DNA of 64,000 bases from Flavobacterium sp. (lineage in GTDB: Bacteria > Bacteroidota > Bacteroidia > Flavobacteriales > Flavobacteriaceae): the NCBI GenBank assembly GCA_052437795.1, contig JBQVPA010000008.1. One strand, 5' to 3'. Both the position numbers and the translations under genes were made by a program. Below the pieces are notes generated by a model, which was not told the origin of the DNA, ran no database searches, and saw only the letters and a list, made by a program, of their open reading frames with translations. Of this stretch, positions 48,649 to 59,083 are shown piece after piece. Numbering within the stretch: the stretch's first letter is position 1; each line of letters begins with the position of its first letter.

Positions 48649-50892
48649 ATGAGATATACCATTACCTTACTCCTTCTTGTGGCTTGTTCTTTATCACTGC
48701 ATGCGCAGAAAAAGAAAGCTGATAAAAAAATAAAGCCCCGCGATGAGTTTATTGCCGACCTGATGGCGCAAATGACCATTGACGAAAAAATTGCGCAAAC
48801 CGTGCAATTTACTGCCGATGGTACCATAACCGGGCCCAAGGGAGGAGATAACTTTATTGAAGAGATCAAGAAAGGTAATGTAGGTTCGATACTGAATGCG
48901 ACGGGCGTAAAATATACCCGCGAACTGCAGGAGCTCAACCTCAGGCATTCAAGGCTTAAGATCCCATTGCTTTTTGGCTACGACGTTATCCATGGTTACA
49001 GGACGATATTCCCAATAACACTGGGCGAAACCGCAAGTTGGGACCTTGAGGCTGCTGAGCTTTCATCGAAAATAGCTGCTGACGAAGCCACGGCATCGGG
49101 CGTGCACTGGACTTTTGCCCCGATGGTCGACATTGCCCGCGATCCGCGTTGGGGCCGTGTATCCGAGGGTTCGGGAGAAGATACATACCTTGGTTCTAAG
49201 ATGGCCTATGCCCGTGTGAAGGGGTTTCAGGGTAATGACCTTAAAGCATTGAATACCATATTGGCCTGTGCCAAGCACTTTGCTGCTTATGGCGCTGCCG
49301 AGGCGGGGCGTGACTATAATACGGTTGACATGAGCGAGCGTACACTGCGCGAAATTTACCTTCCGCCATTTAAGGCTACGGTAGATGCGGGTGTGGGGAC
49401 GTTCATGGCTTCATTCAACGAAATATCGGGTGTACCTGCTACAGGCAGCAAATTTTTGATGAGGGACATCCTGAAAGGCGAATGGAACTTTAAAGGCTTT
49501 GTAGTGACCGACTATACAGGCATGAACGAGATGATACCCCACGGTTATGCTAAAGATTCACTACAGGCAGGCGAACTTTCTATGAACGCCGGCATTGACA
49601 TGGACATGGTGGGCGGCATTTATATGAAAAACCTGAAGAAGCTGCTTAGTGAAAGGCGTGTGACCGAAGCGCAAATAAACGATGCGTGTAAAAGGATATT
49701 AGAAGCCAAGTATGACCTTGGCCTTTTCGAAGATCCTTACCGTTACAACAATGCAAAAAGGGAAGCCGCAACGCTTACCAAAAAGGAATACCTTGATGCC
49801 GCAACACGCATTGCTAATAAATCAATGGTATTGCTGAAGAACAACAATAATGTATTGCCGCTACGCAAGGAGCAAAAAGTAGCATTTGTTGGCCCTTTGG
49901 TTAGCGACTACTGGAACATCATAGGGTCATGGGCCGCTACAGGTGACCGCCAGGGTTTTGCAGTAAGCGTGCAGGAGGGTGTCAATAAAATAATTACCGA
50001 TAAGAGTAAGATAACATTCGACAAAGGTGTTGAGATCGTAGACCAGCGTCGCGACATGATACAGAAAGCCCTTGATAATGCGCGTAAAGCGGATGTGATC
50101 GTGGCTGTGATGGGTGAGTTTGAGAACATGACCGGAGAGGCAGCTTCACGCACCAACATCGACCTGCCCGGCATTCAGAAAGAATTCCTTTCCGAGGTCA
50201 AAAAACTGGGTAAGCCGGTTGTTTTAGTACTTATGAACGGAAGGCCGCTAACCCTTAGCTGGGAAAATGACAACATGGATGCCATTCTTGAAGCCTGGTA
50301 TCCGGGAACTATGGGTGGTGATGCCATTGCGCAGACACTTTACGGTCAAAACAACCCAGGCGGCAAGCTGCCGATAACATTCCCAAGAACACTGGGGCAG
50401 GTGCCGATCTATTACAACCACAAAAATACCGGAAGGCCATATCTTGGTGTTTCAGATAAAGAACAGAAATACAAGTCCCGTTATATCGATTCGGATAACA
50501 GTCCCCTTTATCCGTTTGGTTACGGGCTTAGTTATACTAAGTTTGAGTATTCCAACCTGAAGCTGTCTTCAAAAAGCATCAGCATGGGCGGAAAGGTTAA
50601 AGTTAGCATAGATGTTGCCAACACAGGTAATTATGACGGGGAAGAAGTGGTGCAGCTGTACGTGAAAGATGAGTTCGGGTCGGTAACACGCCCTGTAAAA
50701 GAGCTGAAAGGCTTCAGGAAATTGCTTTTGAAGAAAGGCGAAAGGAAAACGGTGGAGTTCGAGATCTCTACGGATGATCTGAGATTTTACAACATAGATA
50801 TGAAATTCGTTGCAGAGCCGGGCGATTTTGAGGTGTCGGTAGGCGGCAGCTCTGATGCGGACCTTAAAGATAAGTTTGTGTTAGTTAAGTGA
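48649..50892 (+). CDS. bglX: GH3 periplasmic beta-glucosidase
   Basis: SRLKIP, DVIHG, RDPRWGR, KHFAAYG, VVTDY nucleophile region, WYPG, PFGYGLSYT, Fn3-like tail. Confidence 0.93.
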   Translation: MRYTITLLLLVACSLSLHAQKKKADKKIKPRDEFIADLMAQMTIDEKIAQTVQFTADGTITGPKGGDNFIEEIKKGNVGSILNATGVKYTRELQELNLRHSRLKIPLLFGYDVIHGYRTIFPITLGETASWDLEAAELSSKIAADEATASGVHWTFAPMVDIARDPRWGRVSEGSGEDTYLGSKMAYARVKGFQGNDLKALNTILACAKHFAAYGAAEAGRDYNTVDMSERTLREIYLPPFKATVDAGVGTFMASFNEISGVPATGSKFLMRDILKGEWNFKGFVVTDYTGMNEMIPHGYAKDSLQAGELSMNAGIDMDMVGGIYMKNLKKLLSERRVTEAQINDACKRILEAKYDLGLFEDPYRYNNAKREAATLTKKEYLDAATRIANKSMVLLKNNNNVLPLRKEQKVAFVGPLVSDYWNIIGSWAATGDRQGFAVSVQEGVNKIITDKSKITFDKGVEIVDQRRDMIQKALDNARKADVIVAVMGEFENMTGEAASRTNIDLPGIQKEFLSEVKKLGKPVVLVLMNGRPLTLSWENDNMDAILEAWYPGTMGGDAIAQTLYGQNNPGGKLPITFPRTLGQVPIYYNHKNTGRPYLGVSDKEQKYKSRYIDSDNSPLYPFGYGLSYTKFEYSNLKLSSKSISMGGKVKVSIDVANTGNYDGEEVVQLYVKDEFGSVTRPVKELKGFRKLLLKKGERKTVEFEISTDDLRFYNIDMKFVAEPGDFEVSVGGSSDADLKDKFVLVK

Positions 50893-50918
50893 GTTTAATT
50901 TTGTTGATCTTTGTGTGT

Positions 50919-50949
50919 AAAGGCTGTCTGAAGGGGACAGCCTTTTTTT
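50919..50949. terminator. Bidirectional terminator
   Basis: AAAGGCTGTC-N7-GACAGCCTTT with T run. Confidence 0.75.
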
Positions 50950-51568
50950 ATCTCCAGTCCGCATCGGATTTGTTGTGCCCAAAATAATAGGTAAGGCCTA
51001 CAGATGCATTAAACATTTTTCCTGTAAAAGATTTAAGCGGGCCATCGCCTTTTGGAGGATGGATCCCATCAAACCTGAAGTGTTGGGTCATATTCAGGAT
51101 AAACGATGTATCCAGAGTGAGTGCCAGCGATCTGTTGAGGTAAAGTTGCGGTGTAAGTCCAATGATGACATTCCCTATTTTATCGGTACCGGATTCAGTT
51201 TGGGAAGTTAACGAAGAATAGCCTAATCCGCCATGAGCCAAAAGATTAATATTTTTTCCACCACCATTCGTAAGGCTGATGGAGCGCCCAAGATTGTATA
51301 CAGCCTGTACCGAGTAACGTTTGTAGTTGGATCCGAGCTCCGGGTTATCTCCTGTTCGGAACTTGTCTGATCCGTGATCGAATTTGATGCCCCAATATTC
51401 ATCGACCATATACCTGAAGCCAATTTCGTAATGTGAAAAACCGGTAATGCCTGGGTCTCCGGAAATACCCATTCCGTAAGCAGCCTCAATGGAATATTGG
51501 TCATTTGGCTTTTGACACCAACATAGCACGGGTATAAGTAACATAAATAAATAGAACGATCTTCTCAT
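50948..51568 (-). CDS. Small outer-membrane beta-barrel protein
   Basis: Signal peptide, amphipathic strands, FNASVGLTYYFG terminus. Confidence 0.7.
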   Translation of the reverse strand: MRRSFYLFMLLIPVLCWCQKPNDQYSIEAAYGMGISGDPGITGFSHYEIGFRYMVDEYWGIKFDHGSDKFRTGDNPELGSNYKRYSVQAVYNLGRSISLTNGGGKNINLLAHGGLGYSSLTSQTESGTDKIGNVIIGLTPQLYLNRSLALTLDTSFILNMTQHFRFDGIHPPKGDGPLKSFTGKMFNASVGLTYYFGHNKSDADWR

Positions 51569-51820
51569 AGTGTCGGCATTGCATTATTGTTTTGCAAATA
51601 TAGGCTTAAACATTTGTAAACAATAAAAACCTACCTGAAGGGATCTGCGTATATATGCATGATGATCGATGGCGTAGGAATGGTTGCTATGAAAACTCCA
51701 TGACAGTGTTGTTTATTTTTATTGGTTAGAATGGTAAGGGCGCCAATATGTGCGCCCTTATTTTTCTAAATATCTGCATTTAAAATAAACCAGATCTACA
51801 TCCATTACTCTTTTGAATTC

Positions 51821-52675
51821 CTATTTTTTAGAGAGGCATTTTAAATATTCCTTTACCATTTTTGATGATTCTGTTTCAATTGGATCCGTATAAATGTAGA
51901 GTTTAATATCTGTAATGGTCTTTTTAGTGAACATAAGTATTTCTGCCTGAGTAAGCCATATGAATGCACTATATCTATAGCCCGATGAATTCGCATCAAC
52001 ATCAATTTTTGCTTCGGGTTTTGAAAACTTAGTCCCGTCACTGAATAATATATAAAGCCCCTTTTTATTTACGTTAAGCGTGCTTCCCGGTACACTTACA
52101 CTTAAATATGTCGAAGACTTGCCTCCTTTTTTTACTTTCATGAAGCTTATCCCTTCTTCTGTTGGCGTATAATACGTCTCTGATTTTTCAAATTTATCAA
52201 CTTCTGTTGTTATTTCATGGCAGAAAAAACCTTCAGGATAGTTGATACCTCCCACAACTTCAAGTTCATAGCTGCTTTCATATTCTGAATTGTAGGAATA
52301 ATAAATAGTGCCGAATTCATCACTTTGTAATTCAATGGCGTATTGCTTTTTTTGCCAATCGTATTTGGGTACCATTTCATAAATAGCTAATACTTTAAAT
52401 TCTTTTCCTACAAGCTTTTGATAATCAGAACGTGGAGCGTATGATGGGCCAGTAGGCAAGGGTTTATTATCTTTCTCCGGCTTTGTAAATTGTTTCTTTT
52501 CTTTATCGAATTCAATAAAAAAGTCCTCATAAGCATACTGTTGGAACATCTCTTGAATTTGTTTCGGTTTAACAATTTTATTCAAAAGCAATTCCGGACT
52601 AGTTCCCGGAAAATTTTGCGCAAATAATGTCAGGTTACACAATATCGTTATAAAAGTTAAAAGTGTTTTTTTCAT
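51821..52675 (-). CDS. Hypothetical secreted protein, visibly AT-rich
   Basis: MKKTLLTFITILCNLTLFA signal peptide; 284-aa ORF. Confidence 0.75.
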   Translation of the reverse strand: MKKTLLTFITILCNLTLFAQNFPGTSPELLLNKIVKPKQIQEMFQQYAYEDFFIEFDKEKKQFTKPEKDNKPLPTGPSYAPRSDYQKLVGKEFKVLAIYEMVPKYDWQKKQYAIELQSDEFGTIYYSYNSEYESSYELEVVGGINYPEGFFCHEITTEVDKFEKSETYYTPTEEGISFMKVKKGGKSSTYLSVSVPGSTLNVNKKGLYILFSDGTKFSKPEAKIDVDANSSGYRYSAFIWLTQAEILMFTKKTITDIKLYIYTDPIETESSKMVKEYLKCLSKK

Positions 52676-52883
52676 TTGGTTATATTGTTTAAGTGCACAA
52701 ATAAAATCATTTTTTATGATAAAATGCTATTATTATCTTTCGCCATTTTCACATTATTGCCCGTGAAATACCTTCAGCTTTTTGATTTTATATTATATCA
52801 TGTAACACCTTATTTTTTGTTAACCTTTCCTACTAATGCTTTGAATTGAATACTTTTGCAAAAACAAATACGTTTCGCGCAAA

Positions 52884-53843
52884 ATGCTCGCAGTTAAGAA
52901 TATTTCATTCGGGTATACCGATACTACCATACTACATAACATTAGTTTTAATGCAAAGACCGGGCAGAACATTGCCGTCATTGGCGAAAGTGGCTGCGGA
53001 AAGAGTACGCTCCTCAAAACAATCTATGGGCTATATGACCTGAATGAAGGTGAGATAACCTATAAGGGCGAACCGGTTACCGGCCCTAAGCATAACCTGA
53101 TCCCCGGGATGCCTTACATGAAATACCTCGCACAGGACTTTGACCTGATGCCTTTTGTGACTGCTGCCGAGAATGTGGGCAGTTTCCTTTCCAATTTTTA
53201 TCCTGAAGAAAAGCAGCAGCGCATACGCGAACTGCTAGATATTGTAGAAATGGGCGCTTTTGCCGATGTAAAGGCTAAATTTCTTAGTGGTGGCCAGCAG
53301 CAACGCATAGCCCTGGCAAAAGTCCTCGCACTGGAACCCGAGATCCTTTTGCTAGATGAACCTTTTAGCCACATTGATAATTTCCGGAAGAATGCCTTGC
53401 GCCGCAACCTGTTCGCTTACCTTAAGCAAAAAGGCATTACCGTTATCGTCGCCACGCATGACAGCACCGATGCGCTTTCGTTTGCCGATGAGACCATAGT
53501 GCTAAAAAGCGGGAGGATACTTGACAAGGCACCATCAAAAGAAATCTACTACCATCCAAAAGATAAATATACCGCCTCACTTTTTGGGGAAGTGAACGAG
53601 ATAAAGCTGGAGTTGCTTACCCTAACGCAAAATCCTGAAGAGACAGTGCTAATTTACCCGCACCAGTTAAAGATAACCGAAGGCGGCCCACTGCATGTAG
53701 TGGTTAAGCAATGCTACTTTAAAGGCAATCGCTATCTTATAAAGGCTGCGCTCAACAGGCAGGTGATCTTCTTTGAGCACTACAAGGAACTGGAAGTAAA
53801 TTCAGAGGTGACACTGGCGGTGGACAGGAATGCTTTTGGGTAA
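52884..53843 (+). CDS. ABC transporter ATP-binding protein (PotA/FbpC-like, no adjacent permease)
   Basis: GESGCGKST, LSGGQQQR, LLLDEPF; TACTTTTG promoter at 52850. Confidence 0.88.
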   Translation: MLAVKNISFGYTDTTILHNISFNAKTGQNIAVIGESGCGKSTLLKTIYGLYDLNEGEITYKGEPVTGPKHNLIPGMPYMKYLAQDFDLMPFVTAAENVGSFLSNFYPEEKQQRIRELLDIVEMGAFADVKAKFLSGGQQQRIALAKVLALEPEILLLDEPFSHIDNFRKNALRRNLFAYLKQKGITVIVATHDSTDALSFADETIVLKSGRILDKAPSKEIYYHPKDKYTASLFGEVNEIKLELLTLTQNPEETVLIYPHQLKITEGGPLHVVVKQCYFKGNRYLIKAALNRQVIFFEHYKELEVNSEVTLAVDRNAFG

Positions 53844-53909
53844 AAAACAAAACCCGCACTATGTACGGGCCTGTCTATTATCTCTCATCTGGTATCTTTT
53901 CGTCAAAGA

Positions 53910-56333
53910 CTACTTCCCTTTATTCTTTACATATTTCTCCAGCCACTGGTCTTGTTCCCAGAGTAGGTGCAGTATGCTTTCGATGGCGGAGTAGCCATGG
54001 CTTTCTTTCGGGAGCAATACAAGTCGTGCCGGCGCGCCAAAACCTTTCAGTGCATTAAAGTAGCGCTCGCTCTGCATCGGGAAGGTACCGCTGTTGTTAT
54101 CAGCTTCACCATGTATCAGTAGCAAAGGTGTCTTCATTTTGTCGGCATGCGAAAAAGGCGACATGGCGTTATAAACCTCGGGCGCTTCCCAGTAATTACG
54201 CTCTTCGCTTTGAAAGCCAAATGGGGTAAGCGTCCTATTATATGCCCCGCTGCGGGCAATACCCGCCGCGAAAAGGTCGGAATGCGTGAGCAGGTTGGCC
54301 GTCATGAACGCGCCGTATGAGTGTCCGCCCACAGCTACACGCGTGCGGTCGATATAGCCTAATGCATCAACCGCGTCAATAGCAGCTTTGGCATCGGCAA
54401 CCAGCTGTGTAATGAAGGTATCATTCGGTTCTTCCTTGCCTTCGCCAATTATAGGGAATGACGCATCATCGAGTACCGCATAGCCGCGTGTTACCCAATA
54501 TACAGGCGAACCATAGTTGGGATAGGTGAAGTCATTAGCGTTTGAAGTGGTTTGCGAGGCGCTGTTCTTATCCTTGAATTCTGCCGGGTAAGCCCAAATG
54601 ATGAGCGGCAGCTTCTCCTTTTTCTTTTTGTCGTAACCCGCCGGTAAGTATAGTGTTCCCGAAAGGTCCAGGCCATCAGCCCGTTTGTACTTAATCACTT
54701 CCTTGCTGACATTTTCGATCTTTTTAAACGGATTTTGGAAGAAGCTCACTGCAACCGGTGCGCTTTTCTTTTTAATGTTGATAAGGTAATAGTTCGGGTA
54801 TTGGTTTTTCGATTCCAATTGCACCAGTACTTCCCCTTTTTTAGCATCTATCAACGATACTAATGATTCCTTCTTATCTGTGTATTTTGATTGGTACAGC
54901 CTTGTTTTCTTTTTAGAAACTAAATTAAACCGGTCAATGAACGGGAACTGTCCTTTCTCGGTAAAGCCATCGCCGATCAGGTAGGCGTTGCCGTCCTCAA
55001 GGTTCAGCACATAGCGACCCCACTCGTTGCGGCGGGTATCGAACGATCCCGGGTCGCTGTAGGTATCCTGGTAGTTCCTGTCGAATATCACTTCCGGGTT
55101 CTGCGCTGCATCTGAAGGGTTGAAGATATATGTCTTCGTATTGCGGGTATTCCACCAGCGGTCATTGATCAATGCAAGGTTGTCTGTACCCCATGTAATG
55201 CCTGCATAGCGGTTGGCCGTTTTTACAACACTTCTCGGTTTTTGCGTAAATGGCGCGGGTAATTCGAATACTTCATCACGGAAGGGAACTTCCACGACCG
55301 GGTCACCACCGTCGAGCGCTTCGACCCAAACTAATGTGGCGGGTTTATCGGCTCTCCAGCTGATGCCGCGTTTTCCTTTTTCTGTAGCCATAAAGCCTTT
55401 CGGCATGTCCTCTATCAGTGGCTTTTCGTTAAAGGTCTGTACCATTTTACCGTTCGCATCATACAAAATGCTCTTAGTAGGGAAACGGTCGAGCGTAACA
55501 ATATACGAGAATGGCTTATGAAGCGTAGTTACCATTACATAATTGCCATCGGGCGAAAAACTGATGCCGCTGTACATGGCAGCCTCTTTCCATTTGGTGC
55601 TTTTTCCGTCGAGAGTAACTTTATAAAGTTCTGATGTGGTAAGGTTTTCAAAGTTGGTTTCATCGTTCTTGTTCTTCAGGAGGTCCTGATAAGTACGGTT
55701 CTGTGCTTTTGTACCATCGCTCACGGTTACTGTTGGCCCTGATGGGATCGCGCTTGCGGTATTGACGAGCGCAGCCTTATTTGCAGGCAGTATTTTAACG
55801 AGCAGGGCGTTACTATCGCGGAACCAGCTTACAGGGTTGCCCATGTTGGCATTGGCAGCAGCTTCAGTCAGTTTTTTTGCTTCAAGTGTTTTGATGTCTA
55901 AAAGCCAAACCTCTACACCTGTAGCGGTAGTATTGGTAAACGCCATTTTAGACTCGTCCGGCGACCAGGCGAAGTTGGCCATCTTTGGGTTTTGAGGCAG
56001 CCCTTTTACCTGAACGGGTTCTTTATCCTTCAATTTTTTGAACTTCAGGTTGTTTACATAAGTAACAGTACTGGAAATGTTGGTCTTTGGGTTGATGCGC
56101 AGCCCGCCCAGCTTCAATTCGTCTTCCGAAAGGTCTTCGAGGGTTTTATAAGCATTGCGGTACATCAGCAGCATGAACGTATTTTTGCTGTCCATCGAAA
56201 CCGAAGGAGCACGTTCTACATCCACCAATTCAAGTATCTCTTTTGGCGGTTTTTGGTAGGTCAGGTTCTCCTGAGCCATTGCGGTGATCCCCGTAAGGAT
56301 GAATGCCGCAATTGTAAAAATTGATCTTATCAT
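53910..56333 (-). CDS. S9-family (prolyl oligopeptidase/glutamyl endopeptidase-like) peptidase
   Basis: GGHSYGA nucleophile, LLIHGEADNNSG, LPKESHGY. Confidence 0.9.
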   Translation of the reverse strand: MIRSIFTIAAFILTGITAMAQENLTYQKPPKEILELVDVERAPSVSMDSKNTFMLLMYRNAYKTLEDLSEDELKLGGLRINPKTNISSTVTYVNNLKFKKLKDKEPVQVKGLPQNPKMANFAWSPDESKMAFTNTTATGVEVWLLDIKTLEAKKLTEAAANANMGNPVSWFRDSNALLVKILPANKAALVNTASAIPSGPTVTVSDGTKAQNRTYQDLLKNKNDETNFENLTTSELYKVTLDGKSTKWKEAAMYSGISFSPDGNYVMVTTLHKPFSYIVTLDRFPTKSILYDANGKMVQTFNEKPLIEDMPKGFMATEKGKRGISWRADKPATLVWVEALDGGDPVVEVPFRDEVFELPAPFTQKPRSVVKTANRYAGITWGTDNLALINDRWWNTRNTKTYIFNPSDAAQNPEVIFDRNYQDTYSDPGSFDTRRNEWGRYVLNLEDGNAYLIGDGFTEKGQFPFIDRFNLVSKKKTRLYQSKYTDKKESLVSLIDAKKGEVLVQLESKNQYPNYYLINIKKKSAPVAVSFFQNPFKKIENVSKEVIKYKRADGLDLSGTLYLPAGYDKKKKEKLPLIIWAYPAEFKDKNSASQTTSNANDFTYPNYGSPVYWVTRGYAVLDDASFPIIGEGKEEPNDTFITQLVADAKAAIDAVDALGYIDRTRVAVGGHSYGAFMTANLLTHSDLFAAGIARSGAYNRTLTPFGFQSEERNYWEAPEVYNAMSPFSHADKMKTPLLLIHGEADNNSGTFPMQSERYFNALKGFGAPARLVLLPKESHGYSAIESILHLLWEQDQWLEKYVKNKGK

Positions 56334-56499
56334 TGGGTTCGTTTTTCAAAATATGTCGAAGGTAGGGATATGTTGTTACAGTTGCGAATGCTTTTAGCGA
56401 TAAAATGCCGATAACTTAAATATTCCCAAACTATAGGTTTTCTTTTTTACGGAATGTTTATTTTTACAGCTTCGTTCCTACTAAATAATTAATATCCAA

Positions 56500-57513
56500 A
56501 TGTATCACTCAAAAATAACCGGCCTCGGGCATTACGTTCCTGATAATGTTGTAACCAATGAAGACCTCTCCAAAATAATGGAGACCAATGACGAATGGAT
56601 ACAGGAACGTACCGGGATCAAAGAAAGGCGCCATGTGGTTCCCGGCGGAGAGGACACCACCACTACGATGGGCGTTAAGGCTGCCAAAATTGCCATTGAG
56701 CGCGCCGGCATCGACAAGGAAGATATCGATTTCATTGTGTTTGCAACCCTTAGCCCGGATTATTACTTTCCTGGCCCCGGCGTATTGGTGCAAAGGGATC
56801 TGGGCATGAAACGCACTGTGGGCGCGCTTGATGTGCGCAACCAATGCTCCGGCTTTATTTATGCGCTTTCAGTAGCCGACCAGTTCATTAAGACGGGAAT
56901 GTATAAAAATATCCTCATCATCGGTTCTGAGCTTCATTCTAAAGGCTTGGACATGACTACACGTGGCCGCGGAGTATCGGTAATATTTGGCGATGGGGCG
57001 GGGGCAGCGGTCCTGTCACGTGAAGAGGATGCTACTAAAGGCATACTTTCGACACACCTGCATTCCGAAGGTCAGCACGCAGAAGAGCTTTCACTTATCG
57101 CGCCGGGCATGGGCAAGCGCTGGGTAAGCGATATCATTGCCGACAATGACCCTAATGATGAAAGTTACTACCCGTACATGAACGGCCAGTTCGTGTTCAA
57201 GAATGCGGTGGTTCGCTTCAGCGAAGTGATCATGGAGGGGCTTAAAGCCAATGATCTACAGGTAAGCGACATTGACATGCTTATACCGCACCAGGCCAAC
57301 CTGAGGATATCGCAATTCATACAGCAAAAGTTCGGCCTGCGCGACGAGCAGGTGTATAATAACATCATGAAATATGGCAACACCACAGCGGCATCGGTGC
57401 CTATCGCACTGACCGAAGCGTGGGAGCAGGGTAAAATAAAAGAAGGCGATACGGTGGTACTGGCTGCTTTCGGTAGCGGGTTCACATGGGGAAGCGCGAT
57501 CATTAAGTGGTAG
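56500..57513 (+). CDS. fabH: 3-oxoacyl-ACP synthase III
   Basis: ERTGI, NQCSGF, FGDGAGA, PHQANLRI, GNTTAAS, FGSGFTWG. Confidence 0.93.
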   Translation: MYHSKITGLGHYVPDNVVTNEDLSKIMETNDEWIQERTGIKERRHVVPGGEDTTTTMGVKAAKIAIERAGIDKEDIDFIVFATLSPDYYFPGPGVLVQRDLGMKRTVGALDVRNQCSGFIYALSVADQFIKTGMYKNILIIGSELHSKGLDMTTRGRGVSVIFGDGAGAAVLSREEDATKGILSTHLHSEGQHAEELSLIAPGMGKRWVSDIIADNDPNDESYYPYMNGQFVFKNAVVRFSEVIMEGLKANDLQVSDIDMLIPHQANLRISQFIQQKFGLRDEQVYNNIMKYGNTTAASVPIALTEAWEQGKIKEGDTVVLAAFGSGFTWGSAIIKW

Positions 57514-57518
57514 ACCTA

Positions 57519-57542
57519 TTTCAGATTGTAGATTTTAGATTG
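57519..57542. repeat. Short heptamer tandem repeat
   Basis: TTTCAGA TTGTAGA TTTTAGA TTG. Confidence 0.5.
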
Positions 57543-57623
57543 AGCTTCACTCGGTTGTATCAATCTTTACCAAATTCATTCTGATACGCTTTGTTATTTA
57601 TCTTCGCTGAACCACTACGTTAG

Positions 57624-57671
57624 GTTTCGACCGTAGCGCAGCGGAGTGGAGAGATCTCAAAATACTCCACT
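57624..57671. repeat. REP-like intergenic element
   Basis: GTTTCGACCGTAGCGCAGCGGAGTGGAGAGATCT with inverted AGTGGAG/CTCCACT; resembles Bacteroidota REP-like repeats. Confidence 0.55.
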
Positions 57672-57741
57672 ATATTAATGCCTCCGCAAACAAAAGTTTT
57701 GGGGGCTTTTTTTATTTACTTTTGGGAAAAACTATTGCAGT

Positions 57742-58533
57742 ATGGCATTCAGGCATTCCTTCTTTATATTTTTATGTTTATCAATATTTAATTCCTGTCG
57801 GAAAGAACCTGAAAGTATTCCTGAACCTGTCGAAGAGCAAGCGATCGAAACTTCCGTGCCAAGCCTGTCGAAATACAGCGGGTTTTGGCTTTCGGAAAGT
57901 TATGTCAATGCGATTAAGAACCTAAAATCCGTTGACAGCGCGACTTTTGTGCAAAAGAGCATGGCGATCGGGTTTAGGATTATCCCTGATACCATTTCGA
58001 ACAAGTCGGCCCTTCTTAACGTGCTGTGGCATTCAGAAGGCAGCACTGAAAGAGTTTATGCCGATGATAACCAAATGTTGTACTTTAATCCTCCCCGCCC
58101 TGACTATCCGCTGAAACATTTTATCATTGGTTTAAAAAATAATAAAATGGAGCTGGAATTTCCAGATACGGGTAAAAAAGAATATTACCTGCGTTACGAA
58201 AATCAGTATCAGGCCCTAAACCAATTGCTTTTTGCCGGAAAGTACAGGGATGCAATTACAAATGTTGCAATAGAACTTACAGAAGGCGGTAAAGTAAGCG
58301 GAATTCCCGATGTGATAACCTATAATCCTGTTTTCCAATTTGACGAATCCAATATTGAAGGCGTCGATGTTCTTTTCTTTTATAATGGGGAAAAGCGCAG
58401 TGAGAAAATGGGTTATGATTATCAATTAGCCTACCAGTACAAATTTGAAGGTGATACCCTTAAATTGTATGAAGTTCCAGAAGATTACGGCATAGAACCG
58501 GGTCCCTTAAAGTATAAGCTGGTAAAGCGCTAA
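57742..58533 (+). CDS. Hypothetical lipoprotein
   Basis: FNS-C lipobox; YSGFWLSESY; 263 aa. Confidence 0.7.
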   Translation: MAFRHSFFIFLCLSIFNSCRKEPESIPEPVEEQAIETSVPSLSKYSGFWLSESYVNAIKNLKSVDSATFVQKSMAIGFRIIPDTISNKSALLNVLWHSEGSTERVYADDNQMLYFNPPRPDYPLKHFIIGLKNNKMELEFPDTGKKEYYLRYENQYQALNQLLFAGKYRDAITNVAIELTEGGKVSGIPDVITYNPVFQFDESNIEGVDVLFFYNGEKRSEKMGYDYQLAYQYKFEGDTLKLYEVPEDYGIEPGPLKYKLVKR

Positions 58534-59039
58534 TGATGATCTGGATTTTCTTTGCCTTATTTACAGGTATGGCTACTTACTACATCCTCCCCGGAAAAAA
58601 ACTTCCGCCCTGGAAAATAATCAACCGCCTTGTAGTCTACAAATCCAAACGCAAAATGGAAGCATGGTGCGGTGACGAACTACTGAAAACCTACACCATT
58701 TCGTTAGGAAAAGATCCCATTGGCCATAAGCAATTCAAAGGCGACTGCAAAACTCCGGAAGGTATTTACTATATTGACGGACGTAACCCGAATAGCGCCT
58801 TTTACAAAAACCTGGGCGTTTCGTACCCTAATGCTGCCGATAGTGCTCATGCCGAAAAGCTGGGCAAATCACCCGGCGGCGACATCAAGATACACGGGCT
58901 GCGTAACGGCAGGGGATACAGGGGTAAACTCCACCGCTTTAAAGACTGGACCGCAGGTTGCATTGCTGTTACCAATTCTGAAATGGAGGAATTGTACGGG
59001 GCGGTTGAGGATGGGGCGGTGATTGAGATTTTTGGGTAG
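58533..59039 (+). CDS. L,D-transpeptidase (YkuD) family protein
   Basis: GDCKTPEG, SYPN, IKIHG, WTAGCIAVTN. Confidence 0.88.
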   Translation: MMIWIFFALFTGMATYYILPGKKLPPWKIINRLVVYKSKRKMEAWCGDELLKTYTISLGKDPIGHKQFKGDCKTPEGIYYIDGRNPNSAFYKNLGVSYPNAADSAHAEKLGKSPGGDIKIHGLRNGRGYRGKLHRFKDWTAGCIAVTNSEMEELYGAVEDGAVIEIFG

Positions 59040-59083
59040 TTTGTAGTGGCAGTTTGATTTTATAATTTACTATCTAACAAGTA

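Noticed and set aside
52797-52806. ATCATGTAAC upstream of the ABC ATPase (and ACCATGTAAG near 37406)
   Set aside because: Partial matches outside the cluster without the 21-22 nt spacing to a -7 box; treated as background and a caution for the motif claim
52884-53843. ABC ATPase without an adjacent permease
   Set aside because: Unlinked ABC components are ordinary in Bacteroidota; not treated as novel
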